Source: Fibrobacter sp. (lineage in GTDB: Bacteria; Fibrobacterota; Fibrobacteria; Fibrobacterales; Fibrobacteraceae). From it: a DNA stretch of 64,000 nt. A model generated the notes under the pieces. It was not told the DNA's origin, ran no database searches, and worked only from the letters and a program-made list of their open reading frames with translations. The DNA lies in assembly GCA_017615055.1 (NCBI GenBank), contig JAGAAW010000133.1, positions 2,463 through 66,462 of the forward strand. The letters run 5' to 3'. This document shows positions 41,895-51,788 of this stretch, one piece after another (position 1 is the first letter of the stretch; the number at the start of each line of letters is the position of its first letter). The position numbers and the translations under genes are program-made.

Positions 41895-43070
41895 ATGGCA
41901 ATCTCGCGGCAAACATTCCGGCTTGCACTCCCCGCGCTCCTGTGCGGAGTGTTTTCGCTTGCAATCGGGCCGTTCGCCGGCGCAGTTCATGCGGCGGGGT
42001 TCGCGGGTGTTTTCGACGCGGGCTGGTCCACAGCCTACTACCCGCAAGATTCCATCACGCACATGCACCAGCGCCTGCACGCGCTCGGGATGGACGAAGT
42101 CGTATTGCAATACGCTGCGGTCGAAGCGACGCACTTGTACTACCCCTCGCAACTGGACTTTTTGCAGAACACGCAGTACAAGAACAATGAACTTTTCCCC
42201 AAAAGCATCGAGGCGGCAAAGGCCACCGGGACCAGGGTCTGGCTCGGGCTATACTACAACGGCGAAAACTGGTACACCCCGCCGACCGCCGAGCAGCTCG
42301 ATACTTTGTCTGCACGCAACCTGAAGGTACTCGAAGAAATCTATGCGCTGTACGGGAGCGAGACCGTAGTCGCGGGCGTGTACATCCCGCAAGAAATTGC
42401 GCGCTACTACTGGGACGGCCTACGCAATGACGCGACGCCGGAGATGCTCACGGAACTTTTTTTGAAGCCGGTTACCGAAGCCGCACAAGCGAAAGGCTGG
42501 AAAGTGATGGCGGCGCCGTTCTACAACCAGAATCTGGAAAAACCCGAGAAACTGCAGGCATTTTTTGAACAGCTTTTCGCTGCAGGATTCAAGCCCGACA
42601 TTATCGCCGTGCAAGATGGCGTAGGCGCGAGCGATGCGGGCAAGCACCACGCCGAAACATCGAACGTCGCACAGTACGAACGCGCAGTAGTGCAGGCCTG
42701 CAAGCAATACGGGATTGATTTCTGGGTCGACATGGAACTGTTCCGCACAGACGACTCGCACGCGCTTGCCGACAGCGCAAGAATCTCCGCGCAGCTTGAT
42801 TCTGCATACGCCGCGGGCGCCGCGAAGGTCATCGGCTACGATCTCGCAGTGCTCGGGAACGCGGGCCTCGATTCACTTGAAAAGTGGAATCTGAAATCAA
42901 GCGTGGAACCGCCAACCCGCATCCACGAAACCCGCCGGGCGCCTAATGCCCGCGGCGAAAGGCAACAAAAACGGGAACTGTTCCTGAATGAACATTTCCC
43001 GAATACCCGTTTCTCGGGCAATAATCCGCAATATTACAAGGCGAACGGCGCGAAAGTCCCACAGCGTTAA
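41895..43070 (+). CDS. DUF4434-like secreted TIM-barrel glycoside hydrolase-like protein
   Basis: Signal peptide; LGMDEVVLQY, VWLGL, GVYIPQE, IIAVQDGVG, FWVDMELF; basic C-terminal tail. Confidence 0.7.
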   Translation: MAISRQTFRLALPALLCGVFSLAIGPFAGAVHAAGFAGVFDAGWSTAYYPQDSITHMHQRLHALGMDEVVLQYAAVEATHLYYPSQLDFLQNTQYKNNELFPKSIEAAKATGTRVWLGLYYNGENWYTPPTAEQLDTLSARNLKVLEEIYALYGSETVVAGVYIPQEIARYYWDGLRNDATPEMLTELFLKPVTEAAQAKGWKVMAAPFYNQNLEKPEKLQAFFEQLFAAGFKPDIIAVQDGVGASDAGKHHAETSNVAQYERAVVQACKQYGIDFWVDMELFRTDDSHALADSARISAQLDSAYAAGAAKVIGYDLAVLGNAGLDSLEKWNLKSSVEPPTRIHETRRAPNARGERQQKRELFLNEHFPNTRFSGNNPQYYKANGAKVPQR

Positions 43071-43134
43071 TGCGTTCTTGGTATATTTTAACCAAAAATA
43101 TCCGACCTGATTTTAAGGAAAGGAATAAGATTCC

Positions 43135-44532
43135 ATGGAAAAGAAAGTCGCAAAAAAGACGGTGGCCAAGAAGGCTGCCAAGACTACCACTACAAAAGCA
43201 GGTGTTGAAAAAGCCCCTGTTAAAAAAGCCCCTGCTAAAAAAGTCGTTGCCAAGGACCTCAGTCACCTCAAGAGGCTTATTACAGCAGAGATTAAGAAAA
43301 ACGGCCCCAATTGCGACCTGAATTTTATCGACGTTTCCAAAGTGACGAGCATGAACACCCTGTTTTGGGATGAAAATAGTGGATGCACTCGAATGGAATT
43401 CAATGGCGATATTAGCCAGTGGGATGTATCCAATGTGACGGACATGAGTGAAATGTTCAACAAGTCCGCATTCAACGGCGACATCAGCAAGTGGAATGTC
43501 TCCAAAGTGGAGAACATGTACGGTATGTTCAAATACAACTACCACTTCAATGGCGATATCAGCAACTGGGATGTCTCCAATGTGAAAGATATGAGTTGGA
43601 TGTTCGTTGAATCCATATTTAACGGCGACATCAGTAAATGGAATGTTTCCAATGTAAAAGATATGAGTTGCATGTTCATGGATTCCAAGTTCAACCAAGA
43701 TATCAGCAAATGGGACATAAGCCACATTGATGCAGATAATCGTCGCGGAATGTTCGATGGTTCTGCCTACACCCACAAAAAGCCGAAAGTGCCAGACATG
43801 AAAAAAATCAAAAAGGCTCCGGGAACAACTGTCGTGGCAGAAAATACTGAACATCTTGAACAGCTCATTGAAGAGGCTGTCGAAAAAAATGGTTTTAATT
43901 GCGACCTAAATTTTATTGATGTCTCGCATGTGACTGACATGGGGAGTTTGTTCGAATATAGCGCGTTCAAAGGCGATATCAGCAAGTGGGATGTGTCCAA
44001 CGTGACCGACATGACATTTATGTTTCATGGTTCCGAATTCAAAGGCGATATCAGCAAATGGAATGTCTCTAAAGTAAAGAGTATGAAGTATATGTTCTAC
44101 GGTTCCCCTTTTAACGGCGACATTAGCAAATGGGACGTATCCAATGTGACTGATATGAGTTGTATGTTTAGTGGTGCTAAGTTCAACGGCAACATTAGCG
44201 GTTGGGACGTATCCAATGTGACTAGCATGTATGCCATGTTCAAAAAGTCTATTTTTGCAGGGGACATCAGCAAATGGAATGTGTCAAAAGTGACCAATAT
44301 GGATTATATGTTCTCCGATACCGAGTTCTGTGGCGATATTAGCAAGTGGGACATGTCCAATGTGACCAATAAGTGCGGAATGTTCTATAAATCTCATGAT
44401 TACAGGATGTATCAACGTCGAAAAGAATCCTTGGAAGAATCTGCAACTAAGCCCCAAAAGACCTCAAGCGAGAAAACGGCTAAGAAAAAAACGCCGGGCA
44501 AGATGATTGTTGCCAAAGATAAAAAGCTTTAG
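43135..44532 (+). CDS. DUF285/BspA-type repeat protein (Lys/Ala-rich N-tail, two capped repeat modules)
   Basis: 22-aa repeats FNGDISKWDVSNVTxMxxMF; two CDLNFIDVS caps; no signal peptide. Confidence 0.9.
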   Translation: MEKKVAKKTVAKKAAKTTTTKAGVEKAPVKKAPAKKVVAKDLSHLKRLITAEIKKNGPNCDLNFIDVSKVTSMNTLFWDENSGCTRMEFNGDISQWDVSNVTDMSEMFNKSAFNGDISKWNVSKVENMYGMFKYNYHFNGDISNWDVSNVKDMSWMFVESIFNGDISKWNVSNVKDMSCMFMDSKFNQDISKWDISHIDADNRRGMFDGSAYTHKKPKVPDMKKIKKAPGTTVVAENTEHLEQLIEEAVEKNGFNCDLNFIDVSHVTDMGSLFEYSAFKGDISKWDVSNVTDMTFMFHGSEFKGDISKWNVSKVKSMKYMFYGSPFNGDISKWDVSNVTDMSCMFSGAKFNGNISGWDVSNVTSMYAMFKKSIFAGDISKWNVSKVTNMDYMFSDTEFCGDISKWDMSNVTNKCGMFYKSHDYRMYQRRKESLEESATKPQKTSSEKTAKKKTPGKMIVAKDKKL

Positions 44533-44562
44533 TTTCGATTGGCGATAATAGAGTAGAGGATA

Positions 44563-45243
44563 ATGAAATATATGAACATGCACGAAAAAGTTATCGCTCG
44601 CGACCGCGATCATTTGCTACAACTTATTGAAGAGGCCTTCGAAGAAGAAGGCAAGAAATGTGACCTGAATTTCATTGACGTGTCGCAAGTGACGGACATG
44701 CATGATTTGTTTGCCGACCGAGGCTTTAGGGGAAACATCAGCGAATGGGACGTATCCAATGTGACGGACATGAGTGGCATGTTTTCTGGAGATGGTCCGA
44801 TCCTGAATCTTGATACCGGGAAAGAAGAAGAACGGATTCCGTTCGATCTCGGCATTGGCAATTGGGATGTCTCCAAAGTGACAAATATGAATCACATGTT
44901 CAGTGGCTCGAATTTCAATGGCGATATCAGCAAGTGGAATGTCTCGAACGTGGAACAAATGGCATGCATGTTTGACGAATCTCTGTTTGACGGGGATGTC
45001 TGCAACTGGGATGTATCCAAAGTTCAAAACATGATGGGAATGTTTAGAAAGTCCCGATTTACGGGTGACATTAGCCGATGGAACGTGTCTAATGTCCGAA
45101 ATATGAGAGACATGTTTAGCGGCTCTCTGTTCAATGGCGATATTGGCGAGTGGAATGTCTCGGATGTGGTAAATATGAACTTGATGTTCGATTACTCCGC
45201 TCTGGAAAAAGCGGGCAAACTCCCCAAGTGGTACAAAGAGTAG
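44563..45243 (+). CDS. DUF285/BspA-type repeat protein (single module)
   Basis: VIARDRDHL...CDLNFIDVS cap, repeats, C-cap SALEKAGKLPKWYK. Confidence 0.9.
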   Translation: MKYMNMHEKVIARDRDHLLQLIEEAFEEEGKKCDLNFIDVSQVTDMHDLFADRGFRGNISEWDVSNVTDMSGMFSGDGPILNLDTGKEEERIPFDLGIGNWDVSKVTNMNHMFSGSNFNGDISKWNVSNVEQMACMFDESLFDGDVCNWDVSKVQNMMGMFRKSRFTGDISRWNVSNVRNMRDMFSGSLFNGDIGEWNVSDVVNMNLMFDYSALEKAGKLPKWYKE

Positions 45244-45388
45244 CCGACAACGTCCAATATATCTCAAAAAGGACCGATAATGTAAAAGGGACGGGAAGAA
45301 GACTGCAAACCAGTATTTTTCCTCTATTCAAAAAAAAAATATATATTTCAATTGGTATTAATGTTTTACAAAAAGGAGAATGATTTTT

Positions 45389-46654
45389 ATGGCAATGCAT
45401 AAGCCCATATCACCAGAGTCTTTGATCGCCTTGTTAAACTTGAAGTTTGCAAAAAAATCAGCCACAAAAGCATCCGCTAAAAAAACGGCCAAGACAGAAT
45501 CTAATAAAGCCGTCAAGACAACCGCAGCAAAGGCCGTAGCCAAGAAATCTGCGAAGGTTGCGGCTACAAAAACTGCAGTTGCAAAGAAAGCTGCCAAGCC
45601 GGCTGCAGCAAAGCCCATGGCTAAGAAACCCGCAAAAGCAGAAACTGCAAAACCAGTCGCAAAGAAGCCCTCAAAGGCTACGGTTGCAAAGGCCGCAGTA
45701 AAGAGCACAGACAAGACCGTCGCAAAGAAGGTCGTGGCAAAAGACCTCAAGCATCTCCAAAAACTCATTGATGCCGCGATGAAGAAAAGCGGCCCCAAAT
45801 GCGACCTGAATTTCATCAATGTTTCCAAGATTACGACCATGGATGATTTGTTTGCCAGAGACGATAGCCACAAAAAAAATAGGCGTTTTGAATTCAACGG
45901 TGATATAAGCGAATGGGATGTATCCAATGTGACTTCTATGAACAGTATGTTTTGGGGATCTCAATTCAACGGAGACATCAGCAAATGGAATGTGTCCAAA
46001 GTAACAGACATGTGTGGCATGTTCGTCCGCACAAAATTTAAAGGAGACATTAGCAAATGGGACGTATCCAAGGTGACGAAGATGTATGCTATGTTCTCTG
46101 GTTCTGAGTTCAACGGCGATATCAGCAAATGGGATGTGTCCAAGGTAACTACTATGAGTGGCATGTTCGCTAGATCCAAATTTAACGGCGACATCAGCCA
46201 GTGGAACGTGTCCAAAGTAACGGAAATGCGTGAAATGTTCCAAGAATCTCAATTTAACAGCGACATCAGTAAATGGGATGTATCCAATGTAATCGAGATG
46301 AATTGGATGTTCCAAAAATCCAAGTTCAACGGCGATATTAGCAAATGGAACGTGGCTAACGTGAAAAGTATGGAACGCATGTTCCAATGGTCCAAGTTCA
46401 ATGGCGACATCAGTAAATGGAACGTGGCTAACGTGACTTCTATGAGCGGCATGTTCTTCGAATCTGAATTCAATGGTGACATTGGCAAATGGAATGTGTC
46501 CAACGTTAAGTATATGGATAAGATGTTTGCATACTCCAAGTTTAATCACGATATCAGCCAGTGGAACGTATCCAAAGAGGCTGACTTGTGCGAAATGTTC
46601 GAGGGTTCAGTGCTGAAAAAATCCAAGAAAATCCCCAAGTGGTACAAGAAGTAA
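45389..46654 (+). CDS. DUF285/BspA-type repeat protein with histone H1-like Lys/Ala-rich N-terminus
   Basis: ~95-aa AKK/KPA tract, cap, about 11-12 repeats, C-cap KKIPKWYKK; AAGGAG RBS; start 45380 or 45389. Confidence 0.9.
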   Translation: MAMHKPISPESLIALLNLKFAKKSATKASAKKTAKTESNKAVKTTAAKAVAKKSAKVAATKTAVAKKAAKPAAAKPMAKKPAKAETAKPVAKKPSKATVAKAAVKSTDKTVAKKVVAKDLKHLQKLIDAAMKKSGPKCDLNFINVSKITTMDDLFARDDSHKKNRRFEFNGDISEWDVSNVTSMNSMFWGSQFNGDISKWNVSKVTDMCGMFVRTKFKGDISKWDVSKVTKMYAMFSGSEFNGDISKWDVSKVTTMSGMFARSKFNGDISQWNVSKVTEMREMFQESQFNSDISKWDVSNVIEMNWMFQKSKFNGDISKWNVANVKSMERMFQWSKFNGDISKWNVANVTSMSGMFFESEFNGDIGKWNVSNVKYMDKMFAYSKFNHDISQWNVSKEADLCEMFEGSVLKKSKKIPKWYKK

Positions 46655-46682
46655 AAAAGTGCGGTTCACCCGCACTTTTTTT
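46653..46682. terminator. Bidirectional intrinsic terminator
   Basis: aaaaaagtgcgg-ttcac-ccgcactttttt. Confidence 0.8.
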
Positions 46683-46829
46683 ATCCCTGGAAAGCCACCT
46701 GCTTCCAGTCGTCAGTATCATCACCGTTGGCGTAGAGCGCCTTGTAGGTGTTCATGACCCTCGATGACGTCGCAAATTACCAGTACAAGTTTGCCAGGAC
46801 ATTCGCCTTATAACCCCTATTGCAAGCCC

Positions 46830-47960
46830 TTAAAAGGGAAGGTCGTCATCTTGATTGCCTTGATCCAAAGCCCTCGATTCAATAATTTGTTTGATTCTCT
46901 CGGCCTCTTGAGCCCTTTCGGCTTCTTTGGCTTCCTTGGCTTTTTGAAAGCAATCTGCATCGACATCTGGATAGATTTCCCCAAAATTTACCTGGGGAAA
47001 ATCTAAATAATCCTTCCAATACGGAATTCCAAATTCTTTCCAAAAGGCATACATCCTTTCAAGCGCAAGTACGCCCGGTTCATTAAAGTAAATCTCGGCA
47101 AAAAATCTTTTTTTAGAAGGATCATGGAAATAAGGTCTATGAACCACAAAAATAGGGGCTTTCACATCTTGCGGATATATACGCCGGTCCGATTGTGACC
47201 AGAACCACCAGCTTTCATCTTCTGTCAATACGCGTCCACCATTATCTTCAGCAAACTTACAGATAACGCTGTCGAAGGCCGCCAATTTTTCAAAGAATTT
47301 ATTTTGGCCTTTACAAGCGAGTTCAATCGAAAAAGTTCCCCTATAGTCACGATAAACAAAGTCAATATATGTAAAAGGATTGCTATCAAGCCAATCCGAC
47401 CCGCCCACCAAAGGAACTTCTATCTGCCAATAATCAGACAAAGGATCTACAAGTTTCCATTGTCCACATGCAAATTTATCTTCCGTTCGTTTTGAGTTGA
47501 ACCAATTCAAAAGGAACTTTTGGACAGGCGACAATTCCTTTTCGGCTTCTTCCTCTTCATCAATATATTCATCAATCTCATGCTGACAATCTCTTTCAAT
47601 TTTCACATCAGGATACATGTCTGCGAAGGTTATCCAAAATTTGTCGGGTTCGTGCCATGCAGTACAGAAAGAGTAGCGAACAAAATCATCGCCTTCTTCA
47701 TCAATTTTTGCATCTATCGCATTCCGGTCGGTTCCCCAATGATCAATAATCCAGTCCCGCCTTAGAAAATCTTCATGTCCTGCTCCGGGTTCAGTTCCAG
47801 AGCCTTGCTCTTTATTCTGGTATTTGGGGTCTTCATAGTCAACCGGCACAAACGCTTCAAAATTGAATACACGGCCATTAATGTTGGCTTTTTCTTTGAT
47901 TTCCTTGATTCTTGCGGGCGTTCCCGAAATTTTCACATAATTCCAAACCCAATTAGGCAT
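46830..47960 (-). CDS. Hypothetical protein with N-terminal YubB/Api92 (DUF1281)-like ferredoxin-fold domain
   Basis: MPNWVWNYVKISG, FNFEAFVP, DWIIDHWGT, FCTAWHEP, YPDVKI; ATG 47960 with GAGG RBS. Confidence 0.65.
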   Translation of the reverse strand: MPNWVWNYVKISGTPARIKEIKEKANINGRVFNFEAFVPVDYEDPKYQNKEQGSGTEPGAGHEDFLRRDWIIDHWGTDRNAIDAKIDEEGDDFVRYSFCTAWHEPDKFWITFADMYPDVKIERDCQHEIDEYIDEEEEAEKELSPVQKFLLNWFNSKRTEDKFACGQWKLVDPLSDYWQIEVPLVGGSDWLDSNPFTYIDFVYRDYRGTFSIELACKGQNKFFEKLAAFDSVICKFAEDNGGRVLTEDESWWFWSQSDRRIYPQDVKAPIFVVHRPYFHDPSKKRFFAEIYFNEPGVLALERMYAFWKEFGIPYWKDYLDFPQVNFGEIYPDVDADCFQKAKEAKEAERAQEAERIKQIIESRALDQGNQDDDLPF

Positions 47961-48174
47961 ATATAAGGACCTCTTTGCATTGTGACTTTTTGTGGATGCT
48001 AACAACTATTAGTATACATATTTTTTCAAAAAAAAACATAAGTTTTTTAAACTTATTCAACAAAAAAACAATTTCTACTAAAAACCTACTCCAGCATATA
48101 TACTTTTAGCAGAAAGACAGTCATTAAATTTCTTCGAGTATTTCTTTCTGTAACAGTATTGAAAGTCCTTTCCC

Positions 48175-48831
48175 TTAAAAATACTCCAGAATTCTCTCGG
48201 AATGGTCTTTGGCCGTGGCAAGGATGCTCCGTTTCTGCGACGCAGGGATATCCATCTGCTGCACTCCTTCTTGCAGCAAGCCGTACATCACATTGAAAAT
48301 GCAGACCAAGATAAACCTGTACGTGTCATTTCCAAACCTAGATGTCATCAGGCCATACCTGTCAAGGATTTCTTCCAATCCTTCAAAAAACAGCTTCTTG
48401 TGCGAGAACTGGTTCGAAAATTCCTTCCAGATATCAAGCCCGAAACCCGGCCAGCCCAAATGTTCGAGGAGGCTGACATATTTTTCGTAGTTTAGATAAC
48501 GCGGATTCGCTTCGCCGTTGGGGCTCTCGAAATCCTTTTGGGTCATCTCGTCCCAAAGCAACAGGTGAGTCATCAACTGATACAGGAAAACACCCGAAAA
48601 TACAAAATTTCGAATCGGGTCTGCTTGCGCACATTCGCAATTTTTCTGCTTGATTTCGTCCCAGTGGCCACTGTTTAACCACAGCCGACCATTGCAATGT
48701 GGCTCATATTCCGTCTCGAATATGTAATGAAGGTCCTGATCATAGTCCCCGCGCAGGTAATACTGTACAAAGTCTTCCAACACTAACCCACAGTTATTAT
48801 TACTTCTTTGATTATTGTTTTGATAATTCAT
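48175..48831 (-). CDS. Hypothetical protein
   Basis: Long ORF; ATG 48831 with GAGGT RBS. Confidence 0.65.
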   Translation of the reverse strand: MNYQNNNQRSNNNCGLVLEDFVQYYLRGDYDQDLHYIFETEYEPHCNGRLWLNSGHWDEIKQKNCECAQADPIRNFVFSGVFLYQLMTHLLLWDEMTQKDFESPNGEANPRYLNYEKYVSLLEHLGWPGFGLDIWKEFSNQFSHKKLFFEGLEEILDRYGLMTSRFGNDTYRFILVCIFNVMYGLLQEGVQQMDIPASQKRSILATAKDHSERILEYF

Positions 48832-49042
48832 AGATACCTCTTTTTGCTTTATATATCGCATAGAAGTGATAGAATGTAAAAAAAGCACATATTTAGGTTG
48901 ATTTACTCGCTGCCATTATGCAAGGCAGAGCCTAATCCGGCTATCGCACCGGAAACAAGCCTAGAAAAATACAACTGCAACCTGCTGAAGGCGCAATAAA
49001 AAACTTCCCAGTCATTGGGCTGGGGTAAGATATTGCAGGAAT

Positions 49043-49498
49043 TTAAGACTTAATCCACTTCGAGAAGTCACTCGGTTTTCGCTCTTTTCTTAACCGCTTG
49101 AATAATCGGAGTTTTTCGCGAAGTTCTTCATCTTTTCGCTCCTTTTCCAAGACTTTTTCGCGAGGATAAAAGTCATTCACCCATCCTATAAATTCTTTGC
49201 AAACGGCTATAAATCCATCTAGATCGCTCTTTTTGACAGAACGCTTGGTATATTTATAAGTATTGAACATTTGGTCAAACATGCCAAAACCTGTTCCGAC
49301 ATATACGTAACTCTCGTCGGAACAATAGAGTTTCTCGATTTCGTACAGGAATGGCTCCTTAAAGCTCCACTGCTTTAGCTCCACAATGCCGATGGTGTAA
49401 CCATCGCGCGGATTGATTACCCTACAATCGCGGCCTACCGTAAGCCCAGCCGCTTTAAGTTTTTGAACCAATTCATCTATAGTGTATCTCATAGGCAT
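49043..49498 (-). CDS. Hypothetical protein
   Basis: 151-aa ORF, basic C-terminus, co-oriented with flanking genes. Confidence 0.6.
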   Translation of the reverse strand: MPMRYTIDELVQKLKAAGLTVGRDCRVINPRDGYTIGIVELKQWSFKEPFLYEIEKLYCSDESYVYVGTGFGMFDQMFNTYKYTKRSVKKSDLDGFIAVCKEFIGWVNDFYPREKVLEKERKDEELREKLRLFKRLRKERKPSDFSKWIKS

Positions 49499-49567
49499 CT
49501 CCCTGAATCTCTTCTATTTATCGGAGGATCGTGCCTATTTGTCAAATTTTCGCCAATTCAAAGCTCA

Positions 49568-50680
49568 TTACGTGAACATGTTCCTCTTTTTAGTTTTTTT
49601 AGAAATATTCCATTTGCTGATGTCGCCGTTGAATGCTGATTGGAAAAATATCATGTTCATATTCATTACATTCGAAACGACCCAATTGCTGATATCGCCG
49701 TTAAATTCTGACATGAAGAACATTTGACCCATATCTGTTACATTGGACACGTCCCAGCCGCTGATGTCGCCATTGAACTTGGATTCGTAGAACATCTCGC
49801 TCATATTTGTCACGTTGGATACATTCCACTTGCTGATGTCGCCGTTGAATAGAGAATGTTCGAACATCGCTCTCATGTTGGTCACATTGGACACGTCCCA
49901 CTTGCTGATGTCGCCGTTGAATTTAGACGAGCAGAACATCGCTTTCATATTGGTCACATTGGACACATCCCAATTGCTGATATCGCCGTTGAATTTAGAG
50001 TTTTGGAATAAGCCTTCCATATCAGTCACCTTAGATACATCAATGAAATTTAGGTCGCAGTCATGGCCATAACAGGCAACAGCGGCTTTAACAATCTGTT
50101 TTAAGTGATCGCTGTCAACTGCAACGAGCCTACCCGACGAATCTTTTGACAAATCTAAAATCTTTTGATATAGAGCTAAAATAGTGTCCAAATTACCTTT
50201 TGGCTGGTTGCTTTCGACATTTTCGAATATTTTGTCAACTCGAGCCTTATCAGATATATTCCATTTACTAATGTCTCCATTAAATTGGGAGAAAGCAAAC
50301 ATATATGACATATCTACCACTTTTGATATGTCCCATTGGCTAATATCACCATTGAATTGGGAACAATAAAACATGCCGTGCATATTCGTTACATTGGATA
50401 CATTCCACTTGCTGATGTCTCCGTTGAACTGGGAACTAGATAAACCTTCTGGGCTGAACATAAGGCTCATGTCTTCAACATTGGAGACATCCCAATTGCT
50501 AATGTCGCCGTTGAACTTGGATCCTTTGAATAGTTTGGACATGCTCTTCATTTTGGATACATCGATGAAGTTCAGGTCGCATTCCGGACCATAAAGAGCC
50601 ATCGTCTCCTTGATCAAATCCTGAAGCTGTTTCTTTGTCGTGACAACGACGGTAGGCATATCTTTGGGTTGTTGTGTCAT
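49568..50680 (-). CDS. DUF285/BspA-type repeat protein (two modules, no intact C-cap)
   Basis: Two CDLNFIDVS caps, 22-aa repeats; ATGA overlap with upstream gene. Confidence 0.9.
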   Translation of the reverse strand: MTQQPKDMPTVVVTTKKQLQDLIKETMALYGPECDLNFIDVSKMKSMSKLFKGSKFNGDISNWDVSNVEDMSLMFSPEGLSSSQFNGDISKWNVSNVTNMHGMFYCSQFNGDISQWDISKVVDMSYMFAFSQFNGDISKWNISDKARVDKIFENVESNQPKGNLDTILALYQKILDLSKDSSGRLVAVDSDHLKQIVKAAVACYGHDCDLNFIDVSKVTDMEGLFQNSKFNGDISNWDVSNVTNMKAMFCSSKFNGDISKWDVSNVTNMRAMFEHSLFNGDISKWNVSNVTNMSEMFYESKFNGDISGWDVSNVTDMGQMFFMSEFNGDISNWVVSNVMNMNMIFFQSAFNGDISKWNISKKTKKRNMFT

Positions 50681-51624
50681 TTGCTTAAATCTCCAAGGTC
50701 CACTCGGTCGTTATCAAGCAGGAGCGCCTTCTTGCTTACGTTTGATATGTTCCACTTGCTAATGTCCAGCTTGATTTTGCAGAACCAGCCTTTTGAAGGT
50801 TCTGGGGAAACATCAAAATTCGCAAAAAGATTGCTAAAGTCGGTCACATTAGAGACATCTAAAAAATTCAGGTCTAGAACTTTGTTCAAGGCAATTGTAT
50901 TTTCCGCAATGCTGTCTATAAGACCAAATGTTCCTTGCATATACAAATTTGTCTCAATATATCTTTGCAGTTCCTTAAGGAGTTGGTCAAGATGTTCACG
51001 ATTTTTCACGACAATTGTCTTTTGATCATCTGTATCTTCTTCTGAACAATCTAAAAAATCATGGGCTATCAACTGCATTTGAAGGTTTTCGGAACCAGTC
51101 ATCGGTCCAGCATGGTACTGAAAGCGGCCGTCTTCAACCTTGCCTTTGCCTGTGAACCACTCATCATAGGCAAAATCACACCACCAACGCGTTTCAAACA
51201 CCAAGCCATCCGCCGCCATCTTTTCATAGACTTTAATGGGAGGCTTTCCAAACGTGTAAAAAGGAAATTCTCCTTTCAACAAGCCATCCAAAGTGCGTAT
51301 GAACGGTTCCTCGTTCCCATCATACAAAACATCACTAGTTGTTCCCCAGTTGTCCATCCGCCATGTTTTAATAGCATTCCCTATCACATCGACAGGCGCA
51401 GTATTTCCACCAGGGGCGTTCATTTTTCTCCAGGCCCAAACATCTTGATTTGTATTATCGGCCCAGCCACTGTCCGCATCATCCCTTGATGGTTCCGGAA
51501 TAATCATTGAAAACGACAGCAATGTTTCAGGGGTATCAGCGAGGCGCCGGCCATCACCATAAAGTTTCTTGAACCTCTTGATGTTTTCTGCATCCATCGT
51601 GATGATATTTGAAAATTCGTCCAT
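50677..51624 (-). CDS. YubB/Api92-like domain fused to a degenerate DUF285 cap and repeat
   Basis: LSFSMIIPEP, WRMDNWGT, FYTFGKPPIKVYEKMA; then IVVKNREHLDQL...DLNFLDVSNVTDFSNLF...DISKWNISNV. Confidence 0.65.
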   Translation of the reverse strand: MDEFSNIITMDAENIKRFKKLYGDGRRLADTPETLLSFSMIIPEPSRDDADSGWADNTNQDVWAWRKMNAPGGNTAPVDVIGNAIKTWRMDNWGTTSDVLYDGNEEPFIRTLDGLLKGEFPFYTFGKPPIKVYEKMAADGLVFETRWWCDFAYDEWFTGKGKVEDGRFQYHAGPMTGSENLQMQLIAHDFLDCSEEDTDDQKTIVVKNREHLDQLLKELQRYIETNLYMQGTFGLIDSIAENTIALNKVLDLNFLDVSNVTDFSNLFANFDVSPEPSKGWFCKIKLDISKWNISNVSKKALLLDNDRVDLGDLSK

Positions 51625-51788
51625 ATCTTACCATTGTGTTGAAATTAAATGTTTTCAGGCATTTATACTCTTATTATATATTTTTTTTGAACAGAGGATA
51701 CGGGAAAAAACATTTTAGTGTCGCCAGAATGAAAAAGGTTAAGCAGAATTAACGCCCGCTGGGCTACAAAAAAACTTATATTAACAAC

